Below, one piece after another: positions 58,901-64,000 of a DNA stretch of 64,000 nt. Where the stretch lies: positions 306,280,001 to 306,344,000 of the forward strand of contig OZ024740.1 of the NCBI GenBank assembly GCA_964016885.1, read 5' to 3'. This stretch comes from Eledone cirrhosa (taxonomy: Eukaryota). Each line of letters opens with the position of its first letter. The stretch's first letter is position 1. Position numbers and translations under genes: made by a program. Under the pieces are notes generated by a model. The model saw only the letters and a list, made by a program, of their open reading frames with translations. It made no database searches and had not been told where the DNA came from.

Positions 58901-61900
58901 CTTTTTTTTTTGTTTCTTTCATCCTAATTTCAACTTAAAATTCCCTTCCTCAGAGAGTAAGGAACTCTCAGAGAAAAAACGTTTCGGTCTATTCACTTTG
59001 AAATTAACTTTAACTTTAAAATTTATAAACTGCTGTCAATCGTTGTTTGATGTTTGCTGTGGTATTCACGAGAAGCAGGAGGATGACGTCATTTGCCATA
59101 TGGAATCAAATTTCTTGTGTAAATTGTTGTGTTTAGGTTGCATGTGTGTGCATGTGGAAAAAGTTAATTTCACTGGTGCTCTTGCTATCAACTATCCCTG
59201 TGCAACTGCCACAAACAAAGTCTATCTTTTCTGTTAGCCTCCCTACAATTCAACTATATCTGTTGTGTATCCGTATTTCATATTGAGTACATCATATCGG
59301 AAAAATAACCACCCCAAAAGTGCAATCTGGGAAACTTCAGCGGTCCGACTTGCCAGGAAAGAACGTCGGAACGCTGAACGGGAATATAAACTGAATAAAT
59401 CAGATGCCAACAGAAAAAAGCGGAATAAGTCTTCTAACCATCTCAAGCAAGTGACAAAGAAGGCAGTGCTTGAATTTGAACAGTGCATCGCAACCAATCC
59501 TAACAGTAAGGTGTTCTGGAAATATGTTCATTCAAAGCAGAGACCTCACTCTCCAGTTGGTCCTCTTCGCAATCCCCACACAAGCCAGATCACTGACGAT
59601 CCCAAGGAATGCGCAGAACTCATTGCTGAGTGCTATGCAAGTATTTTTACTGTTGAAAACCAGAATGTACCATCTCCACCATCTCTAACATCAAATTCCA
59701 TAACAACTATGGAATTTACACCTGCAATGTTGCACTGTACACAATATTTCATTATTGTTATCATTATTATATCATGACTCATACACTGTTCATTTTCCTG
59801 ACATTTGTACATTATTCTATGTACTATACATGCACCTTTGATGAGTTGTAGTGCACCTGAGCACTGTACACAATAATTTCATTATTATTATTATTATATC
59901 AAGTTCCTACATACTCCTTTTTTATATATTGTGTATGGCCACTTCCCTGATGGAATCAGTCTTGTCTTCTTTCCTGCTTACTTTGGCCATCACCAAGCTT
60001 ACTCTGAGCCTTTTTGACTCTAAGTACTCTTTCCACAACAAGAATGTATTCACTAAACTCTTCTGTTATGATCTGGAGAATTATAATAAACAGGAGAGGC
60101 CTGAAGACAAAGCATTGGTGAACAATAACCTGCACTTTGAATTCCTCACTAAACCCATTACCTACTCTCACTTTACTGAAAATATCTCTGTACATGACTT
60201 TGGACCACTCTCACAAGCTACTCATCTACACCCAGCTTCCTAAAAGACCAATAGATGGTAGATTGCAGTATTCTGTCAAAGACCAAATCAGAAAAAAGCT
60301 AGATATAGCAGCTTACATGTAGCTAGGAACTTATAATTGTCTCAGTAAGAAGATGGCATCTCTGGTGCTCCTTCCTAGAACAAAACCAAACTGCATCTCA
60401 TCTAATTGACTCCTAATTAGTTGTACTAAGGCTTTTTATGTCATTTTCATAACTTGATCCATCAGTTCTATTCCTCTGTAGTTGCTCCTTTCTAAAACAT
60501 CACCTTTTCCCTTGTAGCAATTAATGATTATACCTCTACAACAGTCACTGTGTATGACACCATTATGTATTACCTGGTTGACTGTGCAAGTGACTAGTCC
60601 AACACCCATTTCCCAGAGGATTTCATCATTTCACCAACTATCTTTTCAAACTGTGTATATATTTTTAGTTAGTATTTTAATGATCTGTGCATTAAAATAT
60701 TATACATAATACCATAAAATATGTTAGACCTAATATTTCTAAGGACTATGAGAAACAAAACATTGTTTAATGTATATTATATTATATTTATCAAATGCAA
60801 ATGGCTGCTGCATTTGGTTAGAATGTCTCAGGAAATTGTCGCTGGACAGATTTTATGGGCAAAACCAATTGGCAGGTGACGCAGAGGTAGACCCTGAGCA
60901 AGATGGTTGGATAACATCTATGAGCTTGGTTGGTCTCGCTTGGAGATTCAGCTGGATCAGTTGGAAATGGTTGCTTCTGACAGGACCCATTGAAAGGAGT
61001 GTTTGAGTACCCTTCCCCCACGACCCTCTCAGGAATAAGTGGGTGAAGAAGAAATACAAATGACATATAACATACAATGAAAGATTGTACCACAGTAACA
61101 TACTTTTTTCTTTTAGTTCCTGGCAATTATTTGACCAAGAGGATAACAATTGTTTTGCTGAGAAAATGGTTGTGAATCAAATGGCACATGCTGCTCTGGT
61201 TGTAAGTATTCAAACAGCTTTTTGTACAACATTTTATGGTGAGTAATGCATTCCTTAACTTCCTATATTATAGGGACACAACTGAAGATGCCCTCTTTGT
61301 GTAGTATATATATGATTATATTTGCTCAGTGTTTATGTCTGCCATTCCAACTTTTTCTCTCTAAAAAATGTCTGATTGAATATGCACGTGTTTTTTCCCT
61401 CTTAAAGAAAACGCAAGAAAATAATCCACACTGACAGAATTAAAAAAAAAATGTAGATGTTAAGAATATATAATTATGGTTTCTTGAATGCGGCCTTGTA
61501 ATATAATATTACAAATAACTTAACATGGTCTTTCAACATGAAAAGTTTCCCCACCTCTAATTTTTACCATTCTATCTTTTACACAACCCATATCCATGTA
61601 CTCTCAACTGAAAAAGAAATGGGGAAATACATACTAAACTCACTATAACTGAAACGTGAATGTGTGATATATGGCTGAAGTGGGCAGCTTTAACCTATAA
61701 TTGAGAAGTGAACTAAGATAACTGAATTGTAGATACTCAGCCTTTAGTATTTAATTGAATGGTTATTGTGGAATTTCTGGTGGAGAAAAGGTAGCCCTTA
61801 GTACATAACTGAAAGGTAAATGGGAAGTATCTGATTTAGAGGCATTCCTGACTGGACATTTACAACTAGACATGTGCTTGGAAAGAAGGCAGTCTCAGTC

Positions 61901-63771
61901 ATTAATTGAAGGGTTAATGTGATAGATTTGATGGGTGGGAAAGCATTTCACAGTCTGTAATTGAAGAGTAAATGTGTGAGATATGCAGCAGAGGTGTGGG
62001 CAGCTTTCAGTATATCACTGAATAATCAGTATGAGATAAGTAACAAGGATGCACTTACCATATGTCTATAACTGAAGAATTAAAAAGGCATTCAAAATAG
62101 TTCAAACTTGAATAAATGACTTTGGTCTAAGATCTTGATATGTACACTCCAAAGAGACAAGTAGATGAAGATGATATTAAGATATAAGTGAGACTTTTAA
62201 CTTGCATTTGATTACTGATTTGTCTTTGCCAGAAACTGCTAAGCAACACAAAGCCAGTTAGCAAACGTGAGCAGTACCTGTCAACATTATGCACCAGTGT
62301 CCTTCACAAAGGAACCATTCTTTTTGAATCATTATCGAAAAATCTAAAAGGTAAGTCAGTACACTCTCCATCTTTGCCATGTTACTTAATAAAACACACA
62401 CATATTATTTAATAGGAAATATAAATGTATGTATAAAATTAGGTAGTAACATGTGCTTATGCCGTATTAACAGACTAATTCTATTTAGTCAAATACAGCT
62501 GTCTAACCCATGCTAGCGTGGAAGAACGGACGTAAAACGGTGATGATGATGATGATGATGATGATGACAGCATAAGCACATGTTATTACCTAATTTTCAA
62601 ATTCGCTAGCTGTTTGTAAACAAAGGCTGCTTTGTGTCTCCCTATTTATATACATGTATATATATACCTGCTATGGTTATATAGCTTCTAATTGAATGGA
62701 AGGAAGCATGGGTGGCATGCTGGTGTAATGGTAACACATAGGTCCGGCAAACCAAAGATGTGGGTTTGTGTCCCATGTATGTCAACACTCATCCTTTTTT
62801 CCATTCAGAGGGTTTTTTTTAAAAATCCCAACTAACAGACTAATTCTATTTAGTCAAATATGGCGTAAACACATGTTACTACCTAATTTTCAAATTTGCC
62901 AGCTGTTTGTAAACAAAGCTTGCTTTGTGTCTCCCTATTTTTATACATATATATATATATGTATGTTTTCTGTTGTCCTCTCTTTGTCAATTATCCTATG
63001 TCTTTTCTCTCATGTATGTTTTTTTTTTTTTTTCACAGAGAAGCCATTGTTGAACATTAGCTGCGATGTACAAGTGTTCCCAGTAATCCAAGGGATCTTC
63101 TTAGCCACTAACACCATCATGGATTATCTGTACAGACATCCTGAAGCACACATTGAACAGATTAACAATCTGAAACATATGTATGCTAAACTGGAGAAGG
63201 TACTACTAAAATTATCTCATATCTTAGCTTTAGTCACCACAAGTATGCAGTAGAGTGAGGATCTGGAGTACAATGTTGTGATAATAGTGATTATATAATT
63301 CAGTAGAGGTGCATGTCAGTGGTGCTGTAGATCAAAACCTTGACAGGATAGATGTGATGATCTGAGGTATTGCAGATGTGATAGGCAGGTATATTTGTAG
63401 AGTACAGTAGGTTGAGTGTATAACACAGTAGAGGTGTGTGTCTGAGGTACTGTAGGTTTAGTGTATAACATAGTAGAGGTGTCTGTCTGAGGTACTACTG
63501 TAGGTTGAGAGTATAATATGGTAGAGCTGTGTCTGTCTGAGGTACTGTAGGTTGAAAGTATAACATGGTAGATGTGATAGTCAAACTAAGTAATAAAAAT
63601 ATATCCCCATTTGGTGGCATATCTTTGCGATGGTATGGTCATGTTTCTGTATGAATTTGTTTTATTAAAGCTAAAATTTTCACTATAATGACATGGCTGT
63701 TTGTTTCTGTTTGTTACTAGGTACGAAACCTCCATCCTGTAATCCAGAGTATAATGTTACAAGCAGCATAA
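65..63771 (+). CDS. THADA: THADA / Trm732-family armadillo-repeat protein (DUF2428), 35 exons in window, 5'-incomplete
   Basis: Spliced translation contains hallmark motifs WLHWDSP, PWYVKGKY, WCWINLKESS, CRHR|GAIE, ITRRSAGLP, VHALNILKVLF, SPSWAIRNASTQLF, SLFPVLTLLS, LLQDDINEVR, LFDQEDNNCFAE. All introns GT-AG, all phases compatible, no internal stop. Family role (established): partner of FTSJ1/Trm7 for tRNA position-32 2'-O-methylation. Confidence 0.95.
597..790 (+). mobile_element. tRNA-headed SINE, family A
   Basis: B-box-like gagttcagattc plus core ttaactttgcatttcatccttacgggggtcgataaaataaagta shared with many copies in the window. Confidence 0.8.
1588..1792 (-). mobile_element. SINE family A, inside a TTAA-type MITE remnant (~1460-1905)
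   Basis: reverse complement of the family A core (actggtactttattttat...aggatgaaagacaaagctaacctc...gaactc). Confidence 0.8.
2166..2271 (+). CDS. THADA: THADA exon 2
   Basis: tttag| ... t|gtaagt; LLGPIPHSMLMEEMSF...TMSK; phase 0 to 1; not in ORF track. Confidence 0.8.
2636..2815 (-). mobile_element. Tc1/mariner remnant (transposase C-terminus plus TIR)
   Basis: minus strand encodes FRPPIEAIIDVNAEFIG-stop, resembling Tc1/mariner transposase C-termini; terminus ta|caggttttttgaggac at 2634. Confidence 0.55.
3255..3625 (-). mobile_element. RTE-type LINE 3' fragment
   Basis: reverse complement matches the 3' part of 26860-27530 (tcaggaataa.tggg.gaagaaga end). Confidence 0.75.
3766..3908 (+). CDS. 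THADA: THADA exon 3
   Basis: ttcag| ... aag|gtaaac; GHLIEQCAEV...YSTVK; phase 1 to 0. Confidence 0.85.
4148..4290. mobile_element. hAT-like MITE
   Basis: imperfect TIRs cagtcatgggcaaac / gttgtccctgcctg with internal ggccc/gccc motifs. Confidence 0.55.
4322..4447 (+). CDS. THADA: THADA exon 4
   Basis: ttcag| ... tcc|gtaatt; TTLIMFQHF...VLAES; phase 0 to 0. Confidence 0.85.
4680..4960. repeat. degenerate ~45-bp tandem array
   Basis: repeats of ttaacagaggaactaaaagggctctgttatcccttctgttata. Confidence 0.85.
5188..5305 (+). CDS. THADA: THADA exon 5
   Basis: ttcag| ... a|gtaagt; NCSSETVLLAGTAYSMML...LTIL; phase 0 to 1. Confidence 0.85.
5730..6292. mobile_element. TTAA-flanked MITE family 2 with nested SINE family B (~5780-6075, minus)
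   Basis: ttaa|cccttctgata ... gaaaggt|ttaa; the interior SINE is the reverse complement of the 55345-55772 family. Confidence 0.7.
6323..6614 (+). CDS. THADA: THADA exon 6
   Basis: cttag| ... ag|gtaatg; QHRKLLNWEQ...LHIWYS; phase 1 to 2. Confidence 0.88.
7211..8110 (-). mobile_element. 5'-truncated RTE-type LINE copy with expanded internal minisatellite
   Basis: 7211-7380 and 8045-8110 align by eye to 55920-56100 and 56250-56310. Confidence 0.75.
7385..7895. repeat. 48-bp minisatellite, about 11 copies
   Basis: unit catgaccactttacagtgtgggctgggtgctttttgtcgtgacaccta; anchor positions 7411, 7459, 7549, 7597, 7697, 7745, 7793, 7841. Confidence 0.92.
8254..8569 (+). CDS. THADA: THADA exon 7
   Basis: tttag| ... 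aat|gtaagt; contains WLHWDSPVEGV and PWYVKGKY; phase 2 to 0. Confidence 0.93.
9319..9431 (+). CDS. THADA: THADA exon 8
   Basis: ttcag| ... at|gtgagt; AFSNLEEVKTQL...MTKLA; phase 0 to 2, required to bridge exons 7 and 9. Confidence 0.88.
10344..10418 (+). CDS. THADA: THADA exon 9
   Basis: ctcag| ... ga|gtaagt; CKEAVSIWDQDWRNTLLDGLASED; phase 2 to 2. Confidence 0.88.
10533..10953 (+). mobile_element. head-to-tail SINE family A dimer plus third head
   Basis: A-box tggcagtatcgg and B-box gagttcaaatcc; junction attattgtatagg at 10533, 10730 and 10928. Confidence 0.88.
11099..11333 (+). CDS. THADA: THADA exon 10
   Basis: tccag| ... tgg|gtatgt; LVKRNICHYWLPSTLK...GSIEW; phase 2 to 0. Confidence 0.9.
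11805..12095 (-). mobile_element. SINE family B
   Basis: reverse complement of the 55345-55772 family (tgttttgctcaagaacacaac; gtctaaagtctgtctcaagcc tail). Confidence 0.8.
13225..13410. mobile_element. TTAA-flanked MITE family 2
   Basis: ttaa|cccttt ... aaaggg|ttaa. Confidence 0.75.
13733..13953. mobile_element. TTAA-flanked MITE family 1 (piggyBac-like)
   Basis: ttaa|ccctttagcattta ... taaatgctaacggg|ttaa. Confidence 0.85.
14305..14540. repeat. compound (CAT/CAC)n microsatellite
   Basis: continuous cat/cac triplets punctuated by ctgaaact three times. Confidence 0.95.
14755..15255. repeat. 31-34-bp tandem array with hairpin unit
   Basis: unit gtagcctggtcattttgttgaccagctcttgat, about 14 copies. 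Confidence 0.92.
15545..17250 (-). mobile_element. 5'-truncated CR1-clade LINE (RT domain, frameshifted) with duplicated 3'UTR
   Basis: ORFs 16428-17231 (RPVSLTS, QFGF, YLDFAKAFNSVPH, GVPQGSVLGPLLF, YADD) and 15833-16486 (ERDLG, VRPHLEFAS.VWNP, VQRRATK, FFTLRV..WNKLP); (ATT)n tail. Confidence 0.95.
17506..17599 (+). CDS. THADA: THADA exon 11
   Basis: aacag| ... g|gtacta; NENLLREALCSENAPLRLDALTLLC; phase 0 to 1. Confidence 0.88.
17668..18122. mobile_element. inverted pair of SINE family A copies
   Basis: minus copy ~17668-17800 and plus copy ~17902-18122. Confidence 0.75.
19269..19439 (+). CDS. THADA: THADA exon 12
   Basis: tttag| ... g|gtaaat; NLNIDSAPFRQ...LKKLLIRIRDS; phase 1 to 1. Confidence 0.92.
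19505..19960 (-). mobile_element. RTE-type LINE 3' fragment
   Basis: KKCQEIPVDGSYSRSRQRKIWAEIVTADL in ORF 19515-19712, similar to ORF 56275-56511; cccatgcaagcatggaaaaatgg tail. Confidence 0.75.
22005..22166 (+). CDS. THADA: THADA exon 13
   Basis: ctcag| ... g|gtataa; FIDWL...LVPGSNFQRRKMCLEIL; phase 1 to 1. Confidence 0.92.
22700..22982. repeat. degenerate TAGCTA-rich tandem array
   Basis: repeats of agtagctaactagctactagctatggttgttg. Confidence 0.85.
23048..23160 (+). CDS. THADA: THADA exon 14
   Basis: tccag| ... gag|gtatgc; SLKKLITF...LLCILDGADE; phase 1 to 0. Confidence 0.9.
24205..24419. mobile_element. TTAA-flanked MITE family 1
   Basis: ttaa|tcctttagcattta ... taaatgctaaaggg|ttaa. 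Confidence 0.85.
24835..25013 (+). CDS. THADA: THADA exon 15
   Basis: cttag| ... aa|gtgagt; VRELAADIL...NSPRHPDCLSG; phase 0 to 2. Confidence 0.92.
25779..26035. repeat. ~19-20-bp tandem array
   Basis: repeats of aactgcctcacatgtctaa / aactgcttcacatattcca. Confidence 0.88.
26187..26377 (+). CDS. THADA: THADA exon 16
   Basis: tgcag| ... g|gtataa; VIADQKRY...ASKEKSLH; phase 2 to 1. Confidence 0.88.
26860..27532 (+). mobile_element. RTE-type LINE 3' fragment (degenerate)
   Basis: IFNSVYVPTLTYGHKSWVITEK and EKIKYL motifs; related pieces at ~8700-8930, ~29800-29910 and ~60810-61055. Confidence 0.85.
28105..28263 (+). CDS. THADA: THADA exon 17
   Basis: tcaag| (AAG acceptor) ... a|gtgagt; LICCVEECL...ILSGGQDS; phase 1 to 1. 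Confidence 0.85.
28341..28778. mobile_element. MITE family 2 containing a nested family 1 MITE (28421-28626)
   Basis: outer ttaa|ccctt...aaaggg; inner ttaa|ccctttagcattta...taaatgttaaaggg|ttaa. Confidence 0.82.
29081..29265 (+). mobile_element. SINE family A (near-consensus), directly after an older copy
   Basis: gtggattggcagtatcggtagagg...gagttcaaatcccgccgagg...gtagaaacaattatt. Confidence 0.88.
29518..29654 (+). CDS. THADA: THADA exon 18
   Basis: tgtag| ... aag|gtagtt; ACPSFADI...LLSWCWINLK; phase 1 to 0. Confidence 0.93.
30476..30628 (+). CDS. THADA: THADA exon 19
   Basis: ttcag| ... cga|gttagt; ESSSLLGQIV...VLTQCRHR; phase 0 to 0. Confidence 0.93.
30703..34860. repeat. 46-47-bp satellite array, about 90 copies
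   Basis: unit ccatcctgtctcaatagctatcacaacactatagcctctacat(a/t)ag; period 46 between 30751 and 30797; degenerate tail to ~35380. Confidence 0.98.
35892..35993 (+). CDS. THADA: THADA exon 20
   Basis: tgcag| ... caa|gtgggt; GAIENCRQGFIDFC...; phase 0 to 0. Confidence 0.92.
36551..36809. mobile_element. TTAA-flanked MITE family 1 with an internal retro-tail insertion
   Basis: ttaa|ccctttagcattta ... aaatgctaaaggg|ttaa. Confidence 0.85.
38122..38232 (+). CDS. THADA: THADA exon 21
   Basis: tctag| ... aat|gtaaga; contains ITRRSAGLP; phase 0 to 0. Confidence 0.96.
39803..40049 (+). CDS. THADA: THADA exon 22
   Basis: tgcag| ... a|gtaagt; VHALNILKVLF, SPSWAIRNASTQLF; phase 0 to 1. Confidence 0.96.
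40771..40958 (-). mobile_element. SINE family A
   Basis: full reverse-complement copy; cacagactagataaaataac occurs on both sides (~40752 and ~40964), a candidate target duplication. Confidence 0.88.
41135..41372 (+). CDS. THADA: THADA exon 23
   Basis: tccag| ... aa|gtaagt; TRMFGQKK, FPDLLPFLL, PSLFPVLTLLS; phase 1 to 2. Confidence 0.95.
41510..41734 (+). CDS. THADA: THADA exon 24
   Basis: tccag| ... aa|gtaagt; SRVYQMRELAASAMV, HNKVHG; phase 2 to 2. Confidence 0.94.
41769..42197. mobile_element. MITE family 2 with nested partial SINE (minus)
   Basis: ttaa|ccctttc ... aaaaggg|ttaa; interior tgtcttgctcaaggacataac. Confidence 0.72.
43962..44187 (+). CDS. THADA: THADA exon 25
   Basis: ttcag| ... 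act|gtaagt; KDDLRSILQ...KNSPT; phase 2 to 0. Confidence 0.88.
46740..47230 (+). mobile_element. CR1-clade LINE fragment, same family as 15545-17250, opposite orientation
   Basis: ORF 46832-47233 nearly identical to ORF 15833-16486. Confidence 0.93.
47349..47561 (+). CDS. THADA: THADA exon 26
   Basis: tatag| ... atg|gtattt; IGFSSML...SKCYEVQ...WESVM; phase 0 to 0. Confidence 0.88.
48345..48468 (-). mobile_element. solo CR1 3'UTR
   Basis: near-identical to 15545-15665. Confidence 0.88.
49145..49650 (+). mobile_element. degenerate RTE-like LINE 3' fragment
   Basis: ILLYGCESWTL and VKRRKLAWNG...SKTIFQGIVEG motifs; (GAT)n tail. Confidence 0.8.
49735..50006 (+). CDS. THADA: THADA exon 27
   Basis: cacag| ... 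aa|gtaagt; EQFISLQ...SPSTT; phase 0 to 2. Confidence 0.85.
50254..50512. mobile_element. TTAA-flanked MITE family 2 (uninterrupted)
   Basis: ttaa|ccctttc ... aaaaggg|ttaa. Confidence 0.8.
50627..50806 (+). CDS. THADA: THADA exon 28
   Basis: tccag| ... aa|gtaagt; FEELYLMWSS...LRMALSQSL; phase 2 to 2. Confidence 0.88.
50918..53380. repeat. 26-28-bp satellite array, about 90 copies
   Basis: unit tgtgtctat(c/t)(c/t)agtcaacatctac(ac)ag. Confidence 0.98.
55099..55204 (+). CDS. THADA: THADA exon 29
   Basis: tccag| ... cag|gtaagt; LYLLQDDINEVRNWAAHFV; phase 2 to 0. Confidence 0.92.
55345..55772 (+). mobile_element. SINE family B interrupted by a MITE
   Basis: A-box tggcctagtgg, B-box-like ggtttgattcc, central tgtgttcttaagcaaaacacttc, then ccctgcgatggactggcg and a cagact tail. 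Confidence 0.85.
55393..55533. mobile_element. Tc1/mariner-pogo-type MITE with TA duplication
   Basis: ta|cagtgaaattctgttataa ... ttataatggaattttacctg|ta. Confidence 0.8.
55907..57110 (-). mobile_element. 5'-truncated RTE-type LINE with Cys/His finger, 3'UTR and (GAT)n tail
   Basis: KWPCSVCRKGVGRNSILCPKCKQWVHKRCSG, FCYLGD, WKKFRELLPLL, MLHGSETW, RRLCWYGHV, GRPKMTW; one in-frame TGA. Confidence 0.92.
58250..58282 (+). CDS. THADA: THADA exon 30 (33-nt mini-exon)
   Basis: long pyrimidine tract tttttgtttttctttccag| ... aag|gtaaat; FSSLQSNICLK; phase 0 to 0. Confidence 0.72.
58546..58679 (+). CDS. THADA: THADA exon 31
   Basis: actag| ... ag|gtaagt; LLFHHLVCHY...RKLQI; phase 0 to 2. Confidence 0.85.
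59300..59897 (+). mobile_element. internally deleted CR1-clade LINE
   Basis: ORF2 linker peptide NSKVFWKYVHSKQ...KECAELIAECYASIFT joined directly to the CR1 3'UTR. Confidence 0.82.
59930..60210 (-). mobile_element. degenerate RTE-type RT fragment
   Basis: SKVRVGNGFSEEFKVQV.VHQ....PLLFIIIL resembles the RT GVxQG/SPLLF region. Confidence 0.65.
61117..61201 (+). CDS. THADA: THADA exon 32
   Basis: tttag| ... gtt|gtaagt; LFDQEDNNCFAE; phase 2 to 0. Confidence 0.92.
62233..62350 (+). CDS. THADA: THADA exon 33
   Basis: gccag| ... g|gtaagt; KLLSNTKP...SKNLK; phase 0 to 1. Confidence 0.85.
62714..62784 (+). pseudogene. tRNA-like cloverleaf (anticodon position GGC), probably pseudo-tRNA or repeat head
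   Basis: stems GGCATGC/GTATGTC, GTGT/ACAC, TAGGT/ACCAA (one mismatch), GTGGG/CCCAT at canonical spacing; T-run at 62795-62800; degenerate T-loop. Confidence 0.6.
63039..63199 (+). CDS. THADA: THADA exon 34 (reads through to TAG at 63253 if unspliced)
   Basis: cacag| ... aag|gtacta; KPLLNISCDV...YAKLEK; phase 1 to 0. Confidence 0.8.
63300..63572. repeat. degenerate ~45-50-bp tandem array
   Basis: repeats of gtagaggtgtgtctgtctgaggtactgtaggttgagtgtataacat. Confidence 0.75.
63721..63771 (+). CDS. THADA: THADA probable terminal coding exon 35
   Basis: ttgtttctgtttgttactag| then VRNLHPVIQSIMLQAA-TAA in phase 0; ATTAAA at 63781 and AATAAA near 63858 downstream. Confidence 0.6.
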   Translation, partial: VRNLHPVIQSIMLQAA

Positions 63772-64000
63772 ATATTCAACATTAAAACAACACCTGAAAT
63801 TCACTGTCTTTATTCATTCGAAGTAAAACTGATATCAATGAAAACTTTTAGAAAAATAATAAAAGCAAAACAAAACAAAAGCTATATTTCTTGGATACTT
63901 TTTTCCCTCAGTCACTGAATCAAGCCACTATTACCCTTGACTTCAACCCCAAACAATTCTGAATACGTCCATATTTTCAATAATGATTTTTTTTTTTTTC

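Overview
AT-rich, repeat-dense animal genomic DNA. The repeat content looks octopus/coleoid-like; this is inference from memory of such repeats, not a database result. The window is occupied by one + strand multi-exon gene, a THADA (Trm732-family, DUF2428) homolog. I traced 35 GT-AG exons from 65 to 63771 with every splice phase consistent. They sum to 5557 nt (about 1851 codons plus stop); the first exon(s) and start codon lie upstream of the window. Introns hold two tRNA-headed SINE families, CR1- and RTE-type LINE fragments, TTAA-flanked piggyBac-like MITEs, Tc1/mariner and hAT-like remnants, and several tandem arrays, including a ~4.1 kb 46-bp array and a ~2.4 kb 26-28-bp array. I found no convincing novel multi-gene system. 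The best leads are a degenerate tRNA-like cloverleaf between direct repeats, a probable alternative last exon, hairpin-unit tandem arrays, a minisatellite born from a LINE 3'UTR, and several nested insertions. Repeat boundaries are read by eye and approximate.
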